Shown piece by piece: positions 1-10,378 of a DNA stretch of 64,000 nt. Location of the stretch: positions 341,200-405,199 of the forward strand of contig JAMCRP010000001.1 in the NCBI GenBank assembly GCA_023380635.1. The letters run 5' to 3'. The notes beneath the pieces were generated by a model, which was given only the letters and a program-made list of their open reading frames with translations, had not been told where the DNA came from and did not search any database. A program made the position numbers and the translations under genes. Source of the DNA: Patescibacteria group bacterium. Lineage in GTDB: Bacteria > Patescibacteriota > Microgenomatia > JAMCZE01. Position 1 is the first letter of the stretch; every line of letters starts with the position of its first letter.

Positions 1-714
<714 letters not shown>

Positions 715-1026
715 TTATTTTACTATTGCTAGTATATTTTCCTGTTTCAAGAGAATCCAGTCTTCAAAACCAATTTTGATTTCGTCGCCACCCCATTTTT
801 TATAAAGAACTGTGTCTCCGACTTTAACCTGCATAGCAACAAATTTTCCATTTTCGTCAGTGGTACCTGGCCCAACCGCAACAACTTCAGCCATCTGAGG
901 TTTCTCTTGGGCTGTTTCTGGAAGGTAGATACCAGAAGCAGTTTTCTCTTCCGGGCGAAGAGGTTTAACTAAAACATTATCAAATAGTGGCTGGATATTT
1001 TGCTTGTTTTTGTTTGCTTTTGCCAT
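715..1026 (-). CDS. groES: Co-chaperonin GroES
   Basis: IQPLFDNVLVK..EEKTASGIYLP..AEVVAVGPG motifs; directly upstream of groEL. Confidence 0.98.
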   Translation of the reverse strand: MAKANKNKQNIQPLFDNVLVKPLRPEEKTASGIYLPETAQEKPQMAEVVAVGPGTTDENGKFVAMQVKVGDTVLYKKWGGDEIKIGFEDWILLKQENILAIVK

Positions 1027-1032
1027 AGAAAA

Positions 1033-1059
1033 TTAGCAATCAAGTCTTATGAGTGCGAT
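1033..1059. promoter_or_regulatory. CIRCE (HrcA operator) of groESL
   Basis: TTAGCAATC-N9-GAGTGCGAT vs consensus TTAGCACTC-N9-GAGTGCTAA; 6 nt upstream of groES ATG; hrcA nearby. Confidence 0.9.
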
Positions 1060-1086
1060 TGTAAAAAAGTTAATCCTCCTTGTCAA
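1058..1086 (-). promoter_or_regulatory. Sigma70-type promoter of groESL
   Basis: Minus strand TTGACA (1086-1081), 17 nt, TACAAT (1063-1058); predicted start site falls inside the CIRCE. Confidence 0.85.
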
Positions 1087-1115
1087 GACCTCGAAAAATA
1101 TTCTAGCATGGTTAA

Positions 1116-1820
1116 GTGACCAAATTTGCTGCCTCACTGGCCGTTTTTCTTCTTTTGGTTCTCACCGTTAAGCTCATTCCCCTGCATTTCGGCGCGACGG
1201 CTGCTAATAATAGTATTCTCAGTCCGAAAAGCTCACAGGCTCCGACTGACGAAACGGGCAACCGGCAAATTCCAGCGGAACAAAAAATTTTAGGCGACGC
1301 CGCAAACAAAACGTGCCACGGTTTTAATGATCTGGATATTTTAGTAGATAAATTCCATGGCTTGCCGGCTGACTACGCTCCAGCAGATTTAACGGAAGTT
1401 GAAGGTTTTCCGGTCCGGGCCGAAGCAGCAACTTATTTAACTAATTTGCTTGCGGCCATGCGCCGAAGGGGACTGGATATTACCATTGACTCTACCTATC
1501 GCACCTATAGCCAGCAAAAGACCATTTATGATCAGAGGCACCGGGGAAATTTAACCGCCGCTCCGGCTGGGTACTCCGAACACCAGCTGGGCACCGCGGT
1601 CGATTTTAATATTCTTTATCCCTCCGCCGCCTGGACCTGGCTGGACCAAAACGCCCAAAAATTCGGGTTTGTCATGTCCTACCGCTCTAACCAAATAACG
1701 CGCAGCGGCTACACTTTCGAACCCTGGCACTGGCGCTATGTGGGCGTCGATCTGGCCACAAAAATCCGTTATTCGTCGGCAATCCCTCAAAGTTTTTACC
1801 AACCTCTCGGCTGCCGATAA
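1116..1820 (+). CDS. M15B (VanY-like) D-Ala-D-Ala carboxypeptidase, N-terminally anchored or secreted
   Basis: N-terminal hydrophobic segment; STYRT, SEHQLGTAVD (SxHxxGxAxD) and EPWHW (ExxH) zinc motifs. Confidence 0.9.
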   Translation: MTKFAASLAVFLLLVLTVKLIPLHFGATAANNSILSPKSSQAPTDETGNRQIPAEQKILGDAANKTCHGFNDLDILVDKFHGLPADYAPADLTEVEGFPVRAEAATYLTNLLAAMRRRGLDITIDSTYRTYSQQKTIYDQRHRGNLTAAPAGYSEHQLGTAVDFNILYPSAAWTWLDQNAQKFGFVMSYRSNQITRSGYTFEPWHWRYVGVDLATKIRYSSAIPQSFYQPLGCR

Positions 1821-1826
1821 TCCCTA

Positions 1827-1863
1827 TTGACAAGAGTTAGCACTCATGGTATCTTAGTGCCAA
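1827..1863 (+). promoter_or_regulatory. hrcA operon promoter with overlapping CIRCE
   Basis: TTGACA (1827-1832), 17 nt, TG-G-TATCTT (1850-1855); CIRCE TTAGCACTC-N9-TAGTGCCAA at 1837-1863. Confidence 0.92.
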
Positions 1864-1870
1864 TCTTGTT

Positions 1871-1938
1871 CACTGGTAGCTAGAGACTAGTTTCTAGTCA
1901 GAAAAACTAGCATCCAGTTTCCAGTAACCAGTATCCAG
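1871..1938. repeat. Low-complexity ~7-nt repeat / imperfect palindrome in hrcA 5' leader
   Basis: ctggtag ctagaga ctagttt ... ctagcat ccagttt ccagtaa ccagtat ccaga; contains palindrome gactagtttctagtc. Confidence 0.65.
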
Positions 1939-1939
1939 A

Positions 1940-2671
1940 ATGGAAGATTTGACTTCAAGACAAATTAAAATCCTCAAGCACATTATTGAGGAATACATCG
2001 AAACCGCCGAACCGGTGGGTTCGGAAAAGCTGGACAAAAAATTCGCCCTCGGTGTCTCCCCTGCCACTTTAAGAAACGAAATGGCCGCTTTAACGGACAA
2101 AGGTTATCTCAAACAGATCCATACCAGCGCCGGCCGCACTCCCACCCCCAAAGCCTTGCGTCTTTATGTTGCCAACTTAATGCAGCCTAAAAATCTTTCC
2201 GTTACCGACGAAGTCAAAATTAAGGAGAAGGTTATGGACTATAAAACCCAGTTTGAAAAAGCTTTGCGCGAAGCCACCCGGGAATTGGCTGCCACCACCC
2301 AATCTTTGGCCGTCGCGGCAGATTCTGACGGGGATATTTATTATTCTGGCACCGCCAACATTTTGGACATGCCGGAATTTTTTGATATCGATTTAACCCG
2401 CAACGTTTTGTCTCTGTTAGATCATTTTGATTATCTCAACAAGATTTTCGGCCAGGCTAATGACGATTCCGGCAAGATCACCCATGTCCTCTTGGGCGAA
2501 GATCTGGGCTCGGACTATCTCTCGTCCTGCGCTGTAGTTTTTCAGCACTTCGGGACTCCGGATAAACATCACGGCGCGATCGGCGTCGTCGGGCCTTACC
2601 GGCTCAATTATCCGCGGCTGGTCCCGGCCGTGAATTATTTTGGGGATTTACTTAATCAGTTGCTGGGATAA
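1940..2671 (+). CDS. hrcA: Heat-inducible transcription repressor HrcA (short form)
   Basis: LTSRQIKIL..IIEEYIETAEPVGS..VSPATLRNEMA..HTSAGRTPT; C-terminal GAIGVVGP.R..Y; upstream of grpE-dnaK. Confidence 0.96.
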   Translation: MEDLTSRQIKILKHIIEEYIETAEPVGSEKLDKKFALGVSPATLRNEMAALTDKGYLKQIHTSAGRTPTPKALRLYVANLMQPKNLSVTDEVKIKEKVMDYKTQFEKALREATRELAATTQSLAVAADSDGDIYYSGTANILDMPEFFDIDLTRNVLSLLDHFDYLNKIFGQANDDSGKITHVLLGEDLGSDYLSSCAVVFQHFGTPDKHHGAIGVVGPYRLNYPRLVPAVNYFGDLLNQLLG

Positions 2672-2674
2672 TTT

Positions 2675-3160
2675 ATGACCAAGGCTCAGGATCATAATCT
2701 GGAAAAAAAGATTGAAGAATTGGAAGCTCAGGTGGCGGAACTAAATAATAAGTATTTGCGTTCCCTGGCCGATTATCAAAATCTGGAAAAACAAACCCAG
2801 ACCTGGCGGGATGAATTTATCAAGTTTGCCAATCAGGGGTTAATCATAAAATTACTGGAAATTGTTGATGACTTGGAAAAAGCCCAGGAACATCTTCAGG
2901 ATGAAGGCCTGAAAATTATTATTGACAAAATGAAGACCATTTTTAAAAATAATGGATTAGAGGAAATTGAGGTTGCCGGGCAGGAATTCAACCCGGCGGA
3001 CATGGAAGCAGTTCAGGTTGAACCCGGAGAGGAAGACCACCAAGTTACCAGGATCTTACAAAAAGGGTATAAACTAAACGGGAAAATTATTCGGCCGGCA
3101 AAAGTGGTCGTCAGCACCACCACCCCAAGCAATAGCGAGGGGTCCCATAGCGATAGTTAG
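2675..3160 (+). CDS. grpE: Nucleotide exchange factor GrpE
   Basis: YLRSLADYQN, FNPADMEAV, QKGYKLNGKIIRPAKVVV. Confidence 0.97.
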   Translation: MTKAQDHNLEKKIEELEAQVAELNNKYLRSLADYQNLEKQTQTWRDEFIKFANQGLIIKLLEIVDDLEKAQEHLQDEGLKIIIDKMKTIFKNNGLEEIEVAGQEFNPADMEAVQVEPGEEDHQVTRILQKGYKLNGKIIRPAKVVVSTTTPSNSEGSHSDS

Positions 3161-3184
3161 TTATTTATTTAATTTTTAAAAAAT

Positions 3185-5092
3185 ATGGCCAAAATAATCG
3201 GCATCGATTTAGGTACCACTAACAGTTGCGTTGCAGTCATGGAAGGCGGCGCCCCAAAAGTTATTTATAGCGCTGAAGGCCGCAATGTCATCCCTTCTGT
3301 GGTCGATCCGATTACTCATGTCGTCGGCGATGTCGCCAAACGGCAGATGGTCCTTAAACCCAAAGAAACTATCTTTTCCATAAAGCGGCTTATGGGCCGT
3401 AAGTTTTCCGACCAGTCAGTGCAATATGATATTAAATGGTTGCCATACACGATTAAAGCCGGCCGGGACGACATGGCTGATGTGGAGGTTGGAGGCCGAA
3501 CCTTTACCCCGCAGGAAATTTCCGCCATGATCCTCCAGAAAATTAAAGCAGACGCCGAAAGCTATCTGGGCGGCAAAGTTACCCAGGCGGTGATTACCGT
3601 CCCCGCGTATTTTGACGATTCCCAGCGCCAGGCAACCAAACAAGCCGGGGAAATTGCCGGGCTGGAAGTGTTGCGGATTATTAACGAGCCGACGGCCGCG
3701 GCTTTGGCCTATGGCCTGGATAAGAAAAACGCCCACACTATTGCCGTTTATGACCTGGGCGGCGGCACTTTTGACATTTCCATCCTGGAGCTAGGTGAAG
3801 GAGTGTATGAAGTAAAGTCCACTAATGGCGACACTCATCTGGGCGGCGATGACTTCGACAAAAAGATTCTCGACTACATCGCCGACGAGTTTAAGAAAGA
3901 AAACCAGATCGATCTGCGTAAAGATCCGCAGGCCCTGCAAAGATTACGCGAGGCGGCGGAAAAAGCCAAGATCGAACTGTCTTCAGCCACCGAAGTGGAA
4001 ATTAATCAGCCCTTTATTACTCAGGGACCAAACGGCCCCCTGCATCTGACCATGAAACTGACCCGGGCTAAACTGGAACAGGTAGTTGATGACCTGATCC
4101 AAAAATCCCTGGAACCGGTCAAAAAAGCCCTCGCCGATGCCAATAAAAAAGTCGGCGACATTGACGAAGTGGTGCTGGTCGGCGGGATGACCCGCATGCC
4201 CAAAGTCGTCGAAGTGGTGTCGAAGTTCTTCGGCAAAGAACCAAACAAGAGTGTTAATCCGGACGAAGTCGTGGCCGTGGGAGCGGCGGTTCAGGGTGGA
4301 GTTCTTGGCGGCGAGGTCAAAGATGTCCTGTTACTGGATGTTACCCCGCTGACGCTGGGTATCGAGACGCTGGGCGGAGTCTCTACCCCGCTAATTGCCA
4401 GAAACACAACGATTCCGTCGTCCAAATCGCAGATTTTCAGCACGGCCGCGGACAACCAGACCCAGGTGGAAATTAATGTCCTCCAGGGTGAACGGCCGAT
4501 GGCCGCGGATAATAAATCCCTGGGGCGATTTGTCCTTGACGGGATTCCCCCGGCACCAAGAGGAGTGCCTCAAGTCGAGGTCACCTTCGATATTGATGCG
4601 AGCGGAATCCTCTCGGTCAAGGCCAAAGACAAGGCCACGGGTAAAGAGCAAAGCATCAAGATCACCGGTTCCACGGGTCTGTCCAAAGACGAAGTGGAAA
4701 AGATGACCAAAGAGGCGGAAATGCATGCTTCGGAGGACCAAAAGAAAAAAGAAGGCATTGAGGCGAAAAATAATGCCGACAGTCTGGTCTTTACCGCTGA
4801 AAAGACTCTCAAAGATGCCGGCGACAAAGTTCCGGCCGAGGTCAAAAAAGAGGTAGAAGACAAGATTACCGCCGTCAAAGAAGCCATGAAAGGCGAAGAT
4901 TTGGCCGCCATTAAGACCAAAGCCGATGACTTATCGCAATCCCTCCAGAAAATTGGCCAGGCAATGTACCAATCACAGCAGTCCGCCCAAGGCGGACCCG
5001 CCTCAGGCGGCCAGGCCGGACCGGATAGTCAGGAACAGCCAAAAGAAGAACCCAAGAAAGGCGGGACAGTAGAGGGAGAGGTTGTAGAGTAA
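3185..5092 (+). CDS. dnaK: Chaperone DnaK (Hsp70)
   Basis: [28 protein letters not shown]-terminal EGEVVE. Confidence 0.99.
   Translation: MAKIIGIDLGTTNSCVAVMEGGAPKVIYSAEGRNVIPSVVDPITHVVGDVAKRQMVLKPKETIFSIKRLMGRKFSDQSVQYDIKWLPYTIKAGRDDMADVEVGGRTFTPQEISAMILQKIKADAESYLGGKVTQAVITVPAYFDDSQRQATKQAGEIAGLEVLRIINEPTAAALAYGLDKKNAHTIAVYDLGGGTFDISILELGEGVYEVKSTNGDTHLGGDDFDKKILDYIADEFKKENQIDLRKDPQALQRLREAAEKAKIELSSATEVEINQPFITQGPNGPLHLTMKLTRAKLEQVVDDLIQKSLEPVKKALADANKKVGDIDEVVLVGGMTRMPKVVEVVSKFFGKEPNKSVNPDEVVAVGAAVQGGVLGGEVKDVLLLDVTPLTLGIETLGGVSTPLIARNTTIPSSKSQIFSTAADNQTQVEINVLQGERPMAADNKSLGRFVLDGIPPAPRGVPQVEVTFDIDASGILSVKAKDKATGKEQSIKITGSTGLSKDEVEKMTKEAEMHASEDQKKKEGIEAKNNADSLVFTAEKTLKDAGDKVPAEVKKEVEDKITAVKEAMKGEDLAAIKTKADDLSQSLQKIGQAMYQSQQSAQGGPASGGQAGPDSQEQPKEEPKKGGTVEGEVVE
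4981..5010. repeat. Twin GC-rich hairpin (REP-like) in frame within the DnaK tail
   Basis: GTCCGCC-CAA-GGCGGAC followed by CCGCC-TCA-GGCGG; encodes [10 protein letters not shown]. Confidence 0.7.
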
Positions 5093-5181
5093 TCACGAAT
5101 ATACGAATTCTAGACAAATATACTAATATACGAATTAATTCGTAGATTTGTATATTACTTTTGATTTGTATATTAGTGATT
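5091..5181. repeat. AT-rich imperfect palindrome of 8-nt units between dnaK and dnaJ
   Basis: aatcacgaat-atacgaat..acaaatatactaatatacgaat mirrored by attcgtagatttgtatatt..atttgtatattagtgatt. Confidence 0.8.
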
Positions 5182-5191
5182 ACTCTTTTTT

Positions 5192-6100
5192 ATGGCAGAT
5201 AAAGATTTTTACCAGACTTTAGGAGTTTCCAAAAACGCCACGGACGCGGAGATTAAAGCCGCTTACCGCAAAGCGGCTCTGCAATGGCATCCGGACCGTA
5301 ATAAAGCCCCGGAAGCCAGCGAGAAATTTAAAGAGGTGAACGAAGCGTACGAGGTTTTGTCGAATCCTCAAAAACGCCAAACCTATGATCAGTTTGGATC
5401 AGCTGCTTTTCAACAAGGCCAAGGCTTCCAAGGTAATCCCTTTGCCGGAGGTTTTGGTGGACAGGGCCAGCAAGGACCATTTACCTATTCGTATCGAACT
5501 TACGGCGGCAACGCCGGGGAAAATCCCTTTGAAGGCGCGTTTGGTGGCGGCTTTTCCGATCCGTTTGAGATTTTTGAACAGTTTTTCGGCGGCGGTTTCA
5601 CCGGGGGTCCCAGACGCCAAAGACGGCCGGCCTATCAATTGGAAATTTCTTTCATGGATGCCGTCAAAGGCGCGGAAAAACAGATTGAAATCAACGGCAA
5701 AGAAATGAAAATTAAAATCCCGGCTGGTGTCGATGAAGGCACCCGGGTCCGCTTTGGCAATTTCGATATTGTCTTATCTGTCAGACCAGATAAAACTTTC
5801 CAACGCGAAGGACCAAATATCTATGTTACGTCCGAAATTGATTATCCCAGCGCCGTTCTAGGGACGACTTTAGAGGTCCCGACTATTGATGGTCCGGTGA
5901 CTATTAAAGTACCGGCAGGAACACAACCGGATACCATGATTCGATTACGCGGCCGAGGCGTAAAGCTGCCAAACAGCAGCCATGTCGGTGACGAATATGT
6001 CCGCGTCAAAGTCAAAATCCCCTCTCGAGTTTCTTCCGAACAGCGCGATCTTCTCGAAGAACTGCGCAAATCCTCTAAAAAAAGAAGCGGGTGGTTTTAA
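5192..6100 (+). CDS. dnaJ: DnaJ-class chaperone lacking the zinc-finger region (J domain, G/F region, C-terminal domains)
   Basis: HPD motif, G/F-rich segment, no CxxCxGxG repeats; follows dnaK. Confidence 0.93.
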   Translation: MADKDFYQTLGVSKNATDAEIKAAYRKAALQWHPDRNKAPEASEKFKEVNEAYEVLSNPQKRQTYDQFGSAAFQQGQGFQGNPFAGGFGGQGQQGPFTYSYRTYGGNAGENPFEGAFGGGFSDPFEIFEQFFGGGFTGGPRRQRRPAYQLEISFMDAVKGAEKQIEINGKEMKIKIPAGVDEGTRVRFGNFDIVLSVRPDKTFQREGPNIYVTSEIDYPSAVLGTTLEVPTIDGPVTIKVPAGTQPDTMIRLRGRGVKLPNSSHVGDEYVRVKVKIPSRVSSEQRDLLEELRKSSKKRSGWF

Positions 6101-6146
6101 AGAACAAGATTATCAAAAACGTTAATAATAACGTTATTCGCGGGAG

Positions 6147-6494
6147 TTAGAATTGGCGGTTGAGAAAATCGGGGTTGAAAAGTTTAACTCGAGTTGACGG
6201 GCCGTCATAATTCACTGCCGATCCCGGCATTCCCGGAACCTCAAAAGCCCCCGTCTTTTCGGTAACATCATAATAACTTCCGCAGTAATTTACCGTTGCT
6301 CTATTCATAGATCCATAATCAGACCGATCTTTAATGGTCATCTCTTTTCTTAGGCCTCTAAATCTTATGTAAGCAAAATGGTTATCCCCGATTTCTACTA
6401 TACTTTTACCGATTCTTTTCGGCCTGACACCGTCCTTACCTCCGACACAAACATCAATCGGATGGCCTTCCGGCGCTCGGAACCTTGTTGTCAT
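6147..6494 (-). CDS. Hypothetical protein (~115 aa)
   Basis: Only substantial ORF in the dnaJ-nusA gap; ATG at 6494 lies 7 nt after TG-G-TATGAT (track start is 6506); no recognised family. Confidence 0.6.
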   Translation of the reverse strand: MTTRFRAPEGHPIDVCVGGKDGVRPKRIGKSIVEIGDNHFAYIRFRGLRKEMTIKDRSDYGSMNRATVNYCGSYYDVTEKTGAFEVPGMPGSAVNYDGPSTRVKLFNPDFLNRQF

Positions 6495-6525
6495 GTCGGG
6501 AATCATACCACAATCCGCCCACTCC

Positions 6526-6555
6526 TTGACGCGATGGTTTTACTAGTGTTACAAT
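6526..6555 (+). promoter_or_regulatory. nusA-infB operon promoter
   Basis: TTGACG (6526-6531), 18 nt, TG-T-TACAAT (6550-6555). Confidence 0.8.
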
Positions 6556-6579
6556 AAATCCAAGTTAGGTAGGAATTGC

Positions 6580-6607
6580 AGGTGGGAGAAATCCCGCCTT
6601 TTATTTT
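6580..6607 (+). terminator. rimP-leader-like attenuator hairpin upstream of nusA
   Basis: AGGTGGGA-GAAA-TCCCGCCT then TTTATTTT; GGG..CCC stem with GNRA loop in the position of the rimP-nusA-infB leader. Confidence 0.75.
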
Positions 6608-6616
6608 GATAAATTT

Positions 6617-7717
6617 ATGCCGGCACAAGTCCGATCAGAATTTGCTTTAGCTTTAAACCAAGTCGCTTCCGAGCGCAATATCTCGGTGGAGACGATTTTG
6701 GCTAACATTGAAGAAGCGATGCTTATGGCCTATCGCAAAGACCGGGCTATGTATGGCGAGGTCGTGGAAGTGGAACAGTTTGTCGCGTCCGTCGATTCGA
6801 ACACCGGCGAAGCCAGAATTTACCGTAAGAAAGAAGACGGCTCCCGGGGCGAAGATGTCACTCCACCGGGTTTTGGCCGGATTGCCGCCCAAACTGCTGG
6901 TCAAGTTCTCCGCCAAAAAATCCGCGAAGCGGAGAAAAAGGCTGTGATTGAAGATTTTTCGCAGCGAATCGGGACCGCTGTTTCCGGAATGGTGCTGCGC
7001 TTTGACGGACCAAATATTATTATCGATATCGGCCGGGCAGAGGCCGTCATGCCGCCTGCTGAACAAAATCCGGCGGAACACTATCGCTTAAACCAGAGAC
7101 TCATTTTTTACATTAAAGAAATCCGCGAATCGGCCCGGGGCCAGGAAGTGGTCGTTTCCCGCGCTTCCGAGAACCTGGTCGTTGAACTTTTCCGCAAGGA
7201 AGTGCCGGAATTCCAATCGGGCGCTGTCATAATTAAACTGATCGCCCGCGAAGCCGGCGGCCGCACCAAACTGGCCGTCGCCTCCACCCAATCCGGGGTT
7301 GATCCGGTCGGCGCGTCAGTCGGTCAAAAAGGCGTCCGGGTTCAGGCCGTCATTAACGAACTGGGCGGCAATGAAAAAGTGGATGTTATTCAATACACGG
7401 AAGATACTGCTGCTTTAATTGCTGCTGCTTTGGCTCCGGCCAAAGATATTGAAGTCATCTTAAACCAGGAAGAAAAAACGGCCATTGCCCTGGTCCCCGA
7501 CGATCAGTTATCTCTGGCCATTGGCCGGGAAGGCCAAAATGTCCGCTTGGCCGCCAAACTTCTGGGTGAATGGAAAATTGATATTAAAGGAAAAGCTGAG
7601 TATGCAAAGAAAGATGAAGTAAAAGCCGAAGGGACAAAAGACGAAGAAAAAAGAGAAGAGAAAAAAGCGGAAGTCGAGCAAAGCGCGAAAAGCGAGAATC
7701 AAAATGCAGCCGAGTAA
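6617..7717 (+). CDS. nusA: Transcription termination factor NusA
   Basis: FGRIAAQTA, S1 and KH domains, AREAGGRTK, DPVGASVGQKG, LSLAIGREGQNVRLA. Confidence 0.98.
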   Translation: MPAQVRSEFALALNQVASERNISVETILANIEEAMLMAYRKDRAMYGEVVEVEQFVASVDSNTGEARIYRKKEDGSRGEDVTPPGFGRIAAQTAGQVLRQKIREAEKKAVIEDFSQRIGTAVSGMVLRFDGPNIIIDIGRAEAVMPPAEQNPAEHYRLNQRLIFYIKEIRESARGQEVVVSRASENLVVELFRKEVPEFQSGAVIIKLIAREAGGRTKLAVASTQSGVDPVGASVGQKGVRVQAVINELGGNEKVDVIQYTEDTAALIAAALAPAKDIEVILNQEEKTAIALVPDDQLSLAIGREGQNVRLAAKLLGEWKIDIKGKAEYAKKDEVKAEGTKDEEKREEKKAEVEQSAKSENQNAAE

Positions 7718-7729
7718 CGCCCAATTTCT

Positions 7730-9112
7730 ATGCAATCACGACCACCCATTATTGTCGTCCTGGGTCATGTTGATCACGGCAAAACTACCCTTCTGGATGC
7801 GATCCGCAGTGCAGATGTAGCTTCAAAAGAATACGGCGGAATTACTCAGGGCATCGGAGCATATCAGGTAGAAACTCCCGACGGAAAAAAACTTACCTTT
7901 ATTGATACTCCCGGCCATGAAGCCTTTTCCCAAATGCGTTCGCGCGGAGCCAATGTTGCCGATATCGCGATTTTAGTCGTGGCCGCTAACGATTCTGTCA
8001 TGCCGCAAACTGCCGAAAGCATCAAAATTATCCAGGCTGCTAAAATTCCCTACATCGTGGCTATTAACAAAATTGATTTGCCCGAAGCCAATTTTGACAA
8101 AGTCGTTAAAGATTTATTGCGCCATAACGTTCTTCTGGAAACTTACGGCGGCAGCGTACCCTTTATTAAAATTTCCGCCAAGAAAAAAGAAGGCATTAAA
8201 GAACTTCTGGACTTAATCGGCTTAGTCGCGGATATTGCCGAGATAAAAAGCGACCCTAACGGTCCGTTGGAATTTGCCGTAATTGAGTCAAAACTGGACA
8301 AAAACCGCGGACCGGTGGCGACACTGGTTATCCGAAGCGGCTCCCTGAAAGTCGGCCAGGAAATTACGATTGATAATCAGACCAGTAAAATCCGGGCGCT
8401 GATTGATTATCAGGGCAAAAATATTGCCGAAGCTGGGCCAGGCACACCGGTAGAAGTCTTAGGTTTACAGAAGGTCCCGCCGGTAGGTGCGGCCAAAGAA
8501 GCCAAACCTCAGGTTAAAGCGGAAGAAGGCGCGCTTAACTTGATTTTAAAAACGGATACTTTGGGTTCATTGGAAGCTCTCAGCGCCCAAATTCCGGCCA
8601 ATGTTAATGTTTTGCAGTCCGGAACCGGAGAAATCAGCGAGGCGGACGTTTTATTGGCCAAACCGACTAAAGCTATCATTCTTGGCTTTAATGTGAGGGT
8701 TGCTCCGGCTGCTACCAAGCTTGCCCAGACGGAAAAAGTCTTAGTGCGAACATACAAGATAATTTATGAACTTCTCGATGAGCTTAAAGACGCGGCGGCC
8801 GGGATGCTGGCGCCGGAAACAACAGAGGAAGTCTTGGGCACGGGAGAAATTATTGCCGAGTTTCCTTACGAAAAAATGCGCGTGGCCGGCACCAAAGTCA
8901 CTGACGGACGGGTGGCGCGAGGCGATTTGGTGCGGGTAACCCGCCGGGTTTCAGGAGAAAACACGGCTGTCGGCGAAAGCAAAATCAAATCCCTGCGAAC
9001 CGGCAAAGAAGAGACCAATAAGGTCGAAAAAGGTAAAGAGTGCGGGATTTTACTGGAGCCTCAAATTGACTTCCGGGCCGGAGATGATATAATGGCCTAT
9101 AGAATTGTATGA
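7730..9112 (+). CDS. infB: Translation initiation factor IF-2, short form without the N-terminal domain
   Basis: Begins at G domain [17 protein letters not shown]; DTPGHEAF; NKID; 460 aa. Confidence 0.97.
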   Translation: MQSRPPIIVVLGHVDHGKTTLLDAIRSADVASKEYGGITQGIGAYQVETPDGKKLTFIDTPGHEAFSQMRSRGANVADIAILVVAANDSVMPQTAESIKIIQAAKIPYIVAINKIDLPEANFDKVVKDLLRHNVLLETYGGSVPFIKISAKKKEGIKELLDLIGLVADIAEIKSDPNGPLEFAVIESKLDKNRGPVATLVIRSGSLKVGQEITIDNQTSKIRALIDYQGKNIAEAGPGTPVEVLGLQKVPPVGAAKEAKPQVKAEEGALNLILKTDTLGSLEALSAQIPANVNVLQSGTGEISEADVLLAKPTKAIILGFNVRVAPAATKLAQTEKVLVRTYKIIYELLDELKDAAAGMLAPETTEEVLGTGEIIAEFPYEKMRVAGTKVTDGRVARGDLVRVTRRVSGENTAVGESKIKSLRTGKEETNKVEKGKECGILLEPQIDFRAGDDIMAYRIV

Positions 9113-10026
9113 CCAACGAGGACCTGCAACAAATTCAAAATTTAGTCGCCGGCGCCCGCCGGGTGCTTATCTTAACCCACACCAACCCTTCCGTCGACAC
9201 CATGGCTTCTACTTTAGCTTTATATCTGGCAATGGCTAAAATGGGCAAAGACGTGACCGTGGCGATGGAATCTCAACCTCTGGTCGAGGTCGCCAATTTG
9301 GTGGGTATCGATCAAGTTAAAACCAGCCTGGCCGGAAAGAATCTGTTGTTAACTTATAAACCTTACAACCTGGGCGATTTTGAAAAAGTCACCTATCTGG
9401 AAGACCAGGGTCAGGCCGGAACCCTGGATGACGCTTTCAAACTGACAATTACTCCGCGCGAAGGTTACGCCCCGGATCCGAAGAATTTTACCTTTAGCTT
9501 TACCGGTGCTGCCGCCGATTTGATTTTTACCGTGGAAGTTTTGGAACCGACCCAGCTGGGTCAGCTTTATGACGCCAATTTGCTAGCTTCAACCCCGATT
9601 ATTAACATCGATAATCATGATCCGAACAAAGATTACGGCAAATTTAATCTGGTTGAACCGGACGCCGCTTCCATCTCGGAAATCGTGACCTTTTTCCTGC
9701 GGGCCGTGAATGCGCAGATCGACACCGACATCGCCGGGAATTTATATCAGGGTATTCGGGCTGCCACCCAAAATTTCCAGTCACCGAAAGTGGCGGCTGC
9801 CACCTTTGAAGCCGCGGCTATCTGCCTGAGAAGCGCTAAACCCAAAACTGCTCCTCAGCAGCCGGCTGTTCAACCAAATATGAACCAAGTCCCACCTACC
9901 CAGGCCAATCCAGTCCAACCACAAAATATACTAAATACTAATAATCAGCAACCAGCGTCCAGTAACCAGGGCGTTCCTTCCGACTGGCTCGGCCCCAAAT
10001 CTTACAAAGGCACTTCAGTTAGTTAG
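9109..10026 (+). CDS. DHH-family (NrnA-like) phosphoesterase homolog with degenerate motifs
   Basis: LILTHTNPSVD, INIDNH, AASISEIV, ATQNF resemble DHH motifs; usual position after infB; Q/P/N-rich tail. Confidence 0.75.
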   Translation: MTNEDLQQIQNLVAGARRVLILTHTNPSVDTMASTLALYLAMAKMGKDVTVAMESQPLVEVANLVGIDQVKTSLAGKNLLLTYKPYNLGDFEKVTYLEDQGQAGTLDDAFKLTITPREGYAPDPKNFTFSFTGAAADLIFTVEVLEPTQLGQLYDANLLASTPIINIDNHDPNKDYGKFNLVEPDAASISEIVTFFLRAVNAQIDTDIAGNLYQGIRAATQNFQSPKVAAATFEAAAICLRSAKPKTAPQQPAVQPNMNQVPPTQANPVQPQNILNTNNQQPASSNQGVPSDWLGPKSYKGTSVS

Positions 10027-10070
10027 AAGCGCTTCTGGACAAGAAAATTAAGATAAGGTAAAATACAGAT

Positions 10071-10340
10071 ATGGCTTTACAGCTTGACGACAAGAAAAAG
10101 ATTATCGAGAAATTCTCGCAGGGCAAAGGCGATACCGGTTCTCCGGAAGTCCAGGTGGCCCTTTTAACTCAGAGAATTCAAAATCTTACGGAACATCTCA
10201 AAAAGCACAGCCACGATGTCCATTCGCGCCGGGGCCTTTTGACTATTGTGTCCAAGCGGCGCCGTCTGTTAAACTACCTCTCGAAGAAAGCAAACGATAG
10301 ATACACCAAAATCGTGGCTGCATTAGAGTTGACGAAGTAA
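10071..10340 (+). CDS. rpsO: 30S ribosomal protein S15
   Basis: [27 protein letters not shown]. Confidence 0.99.
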   Translation: MALQLDDKKKIIEKFSQGKGDTGSPEVQVALLTQRIQNLTEHLKKHSHDVHSRRGLLTIVSKRRRLLNYLSKKANDRYTKIVAALELTK

Positions 10341-10378
10341 AAGAATTTTTCTTCTTCTTTGTCCACGAATAGAACTGA

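Noticed and set aside
1116-1820. Vancomycin resistance locus
   Set aside because: Only a lone M15B peptidase; no vanHAX or vanRS genes
5091-5181. CRISPR array in this or the other repeat-rich spacers
   Set aside because: Units are 7-9 nt and degenerate, with no repeat-spacer periodicity and no cas genes
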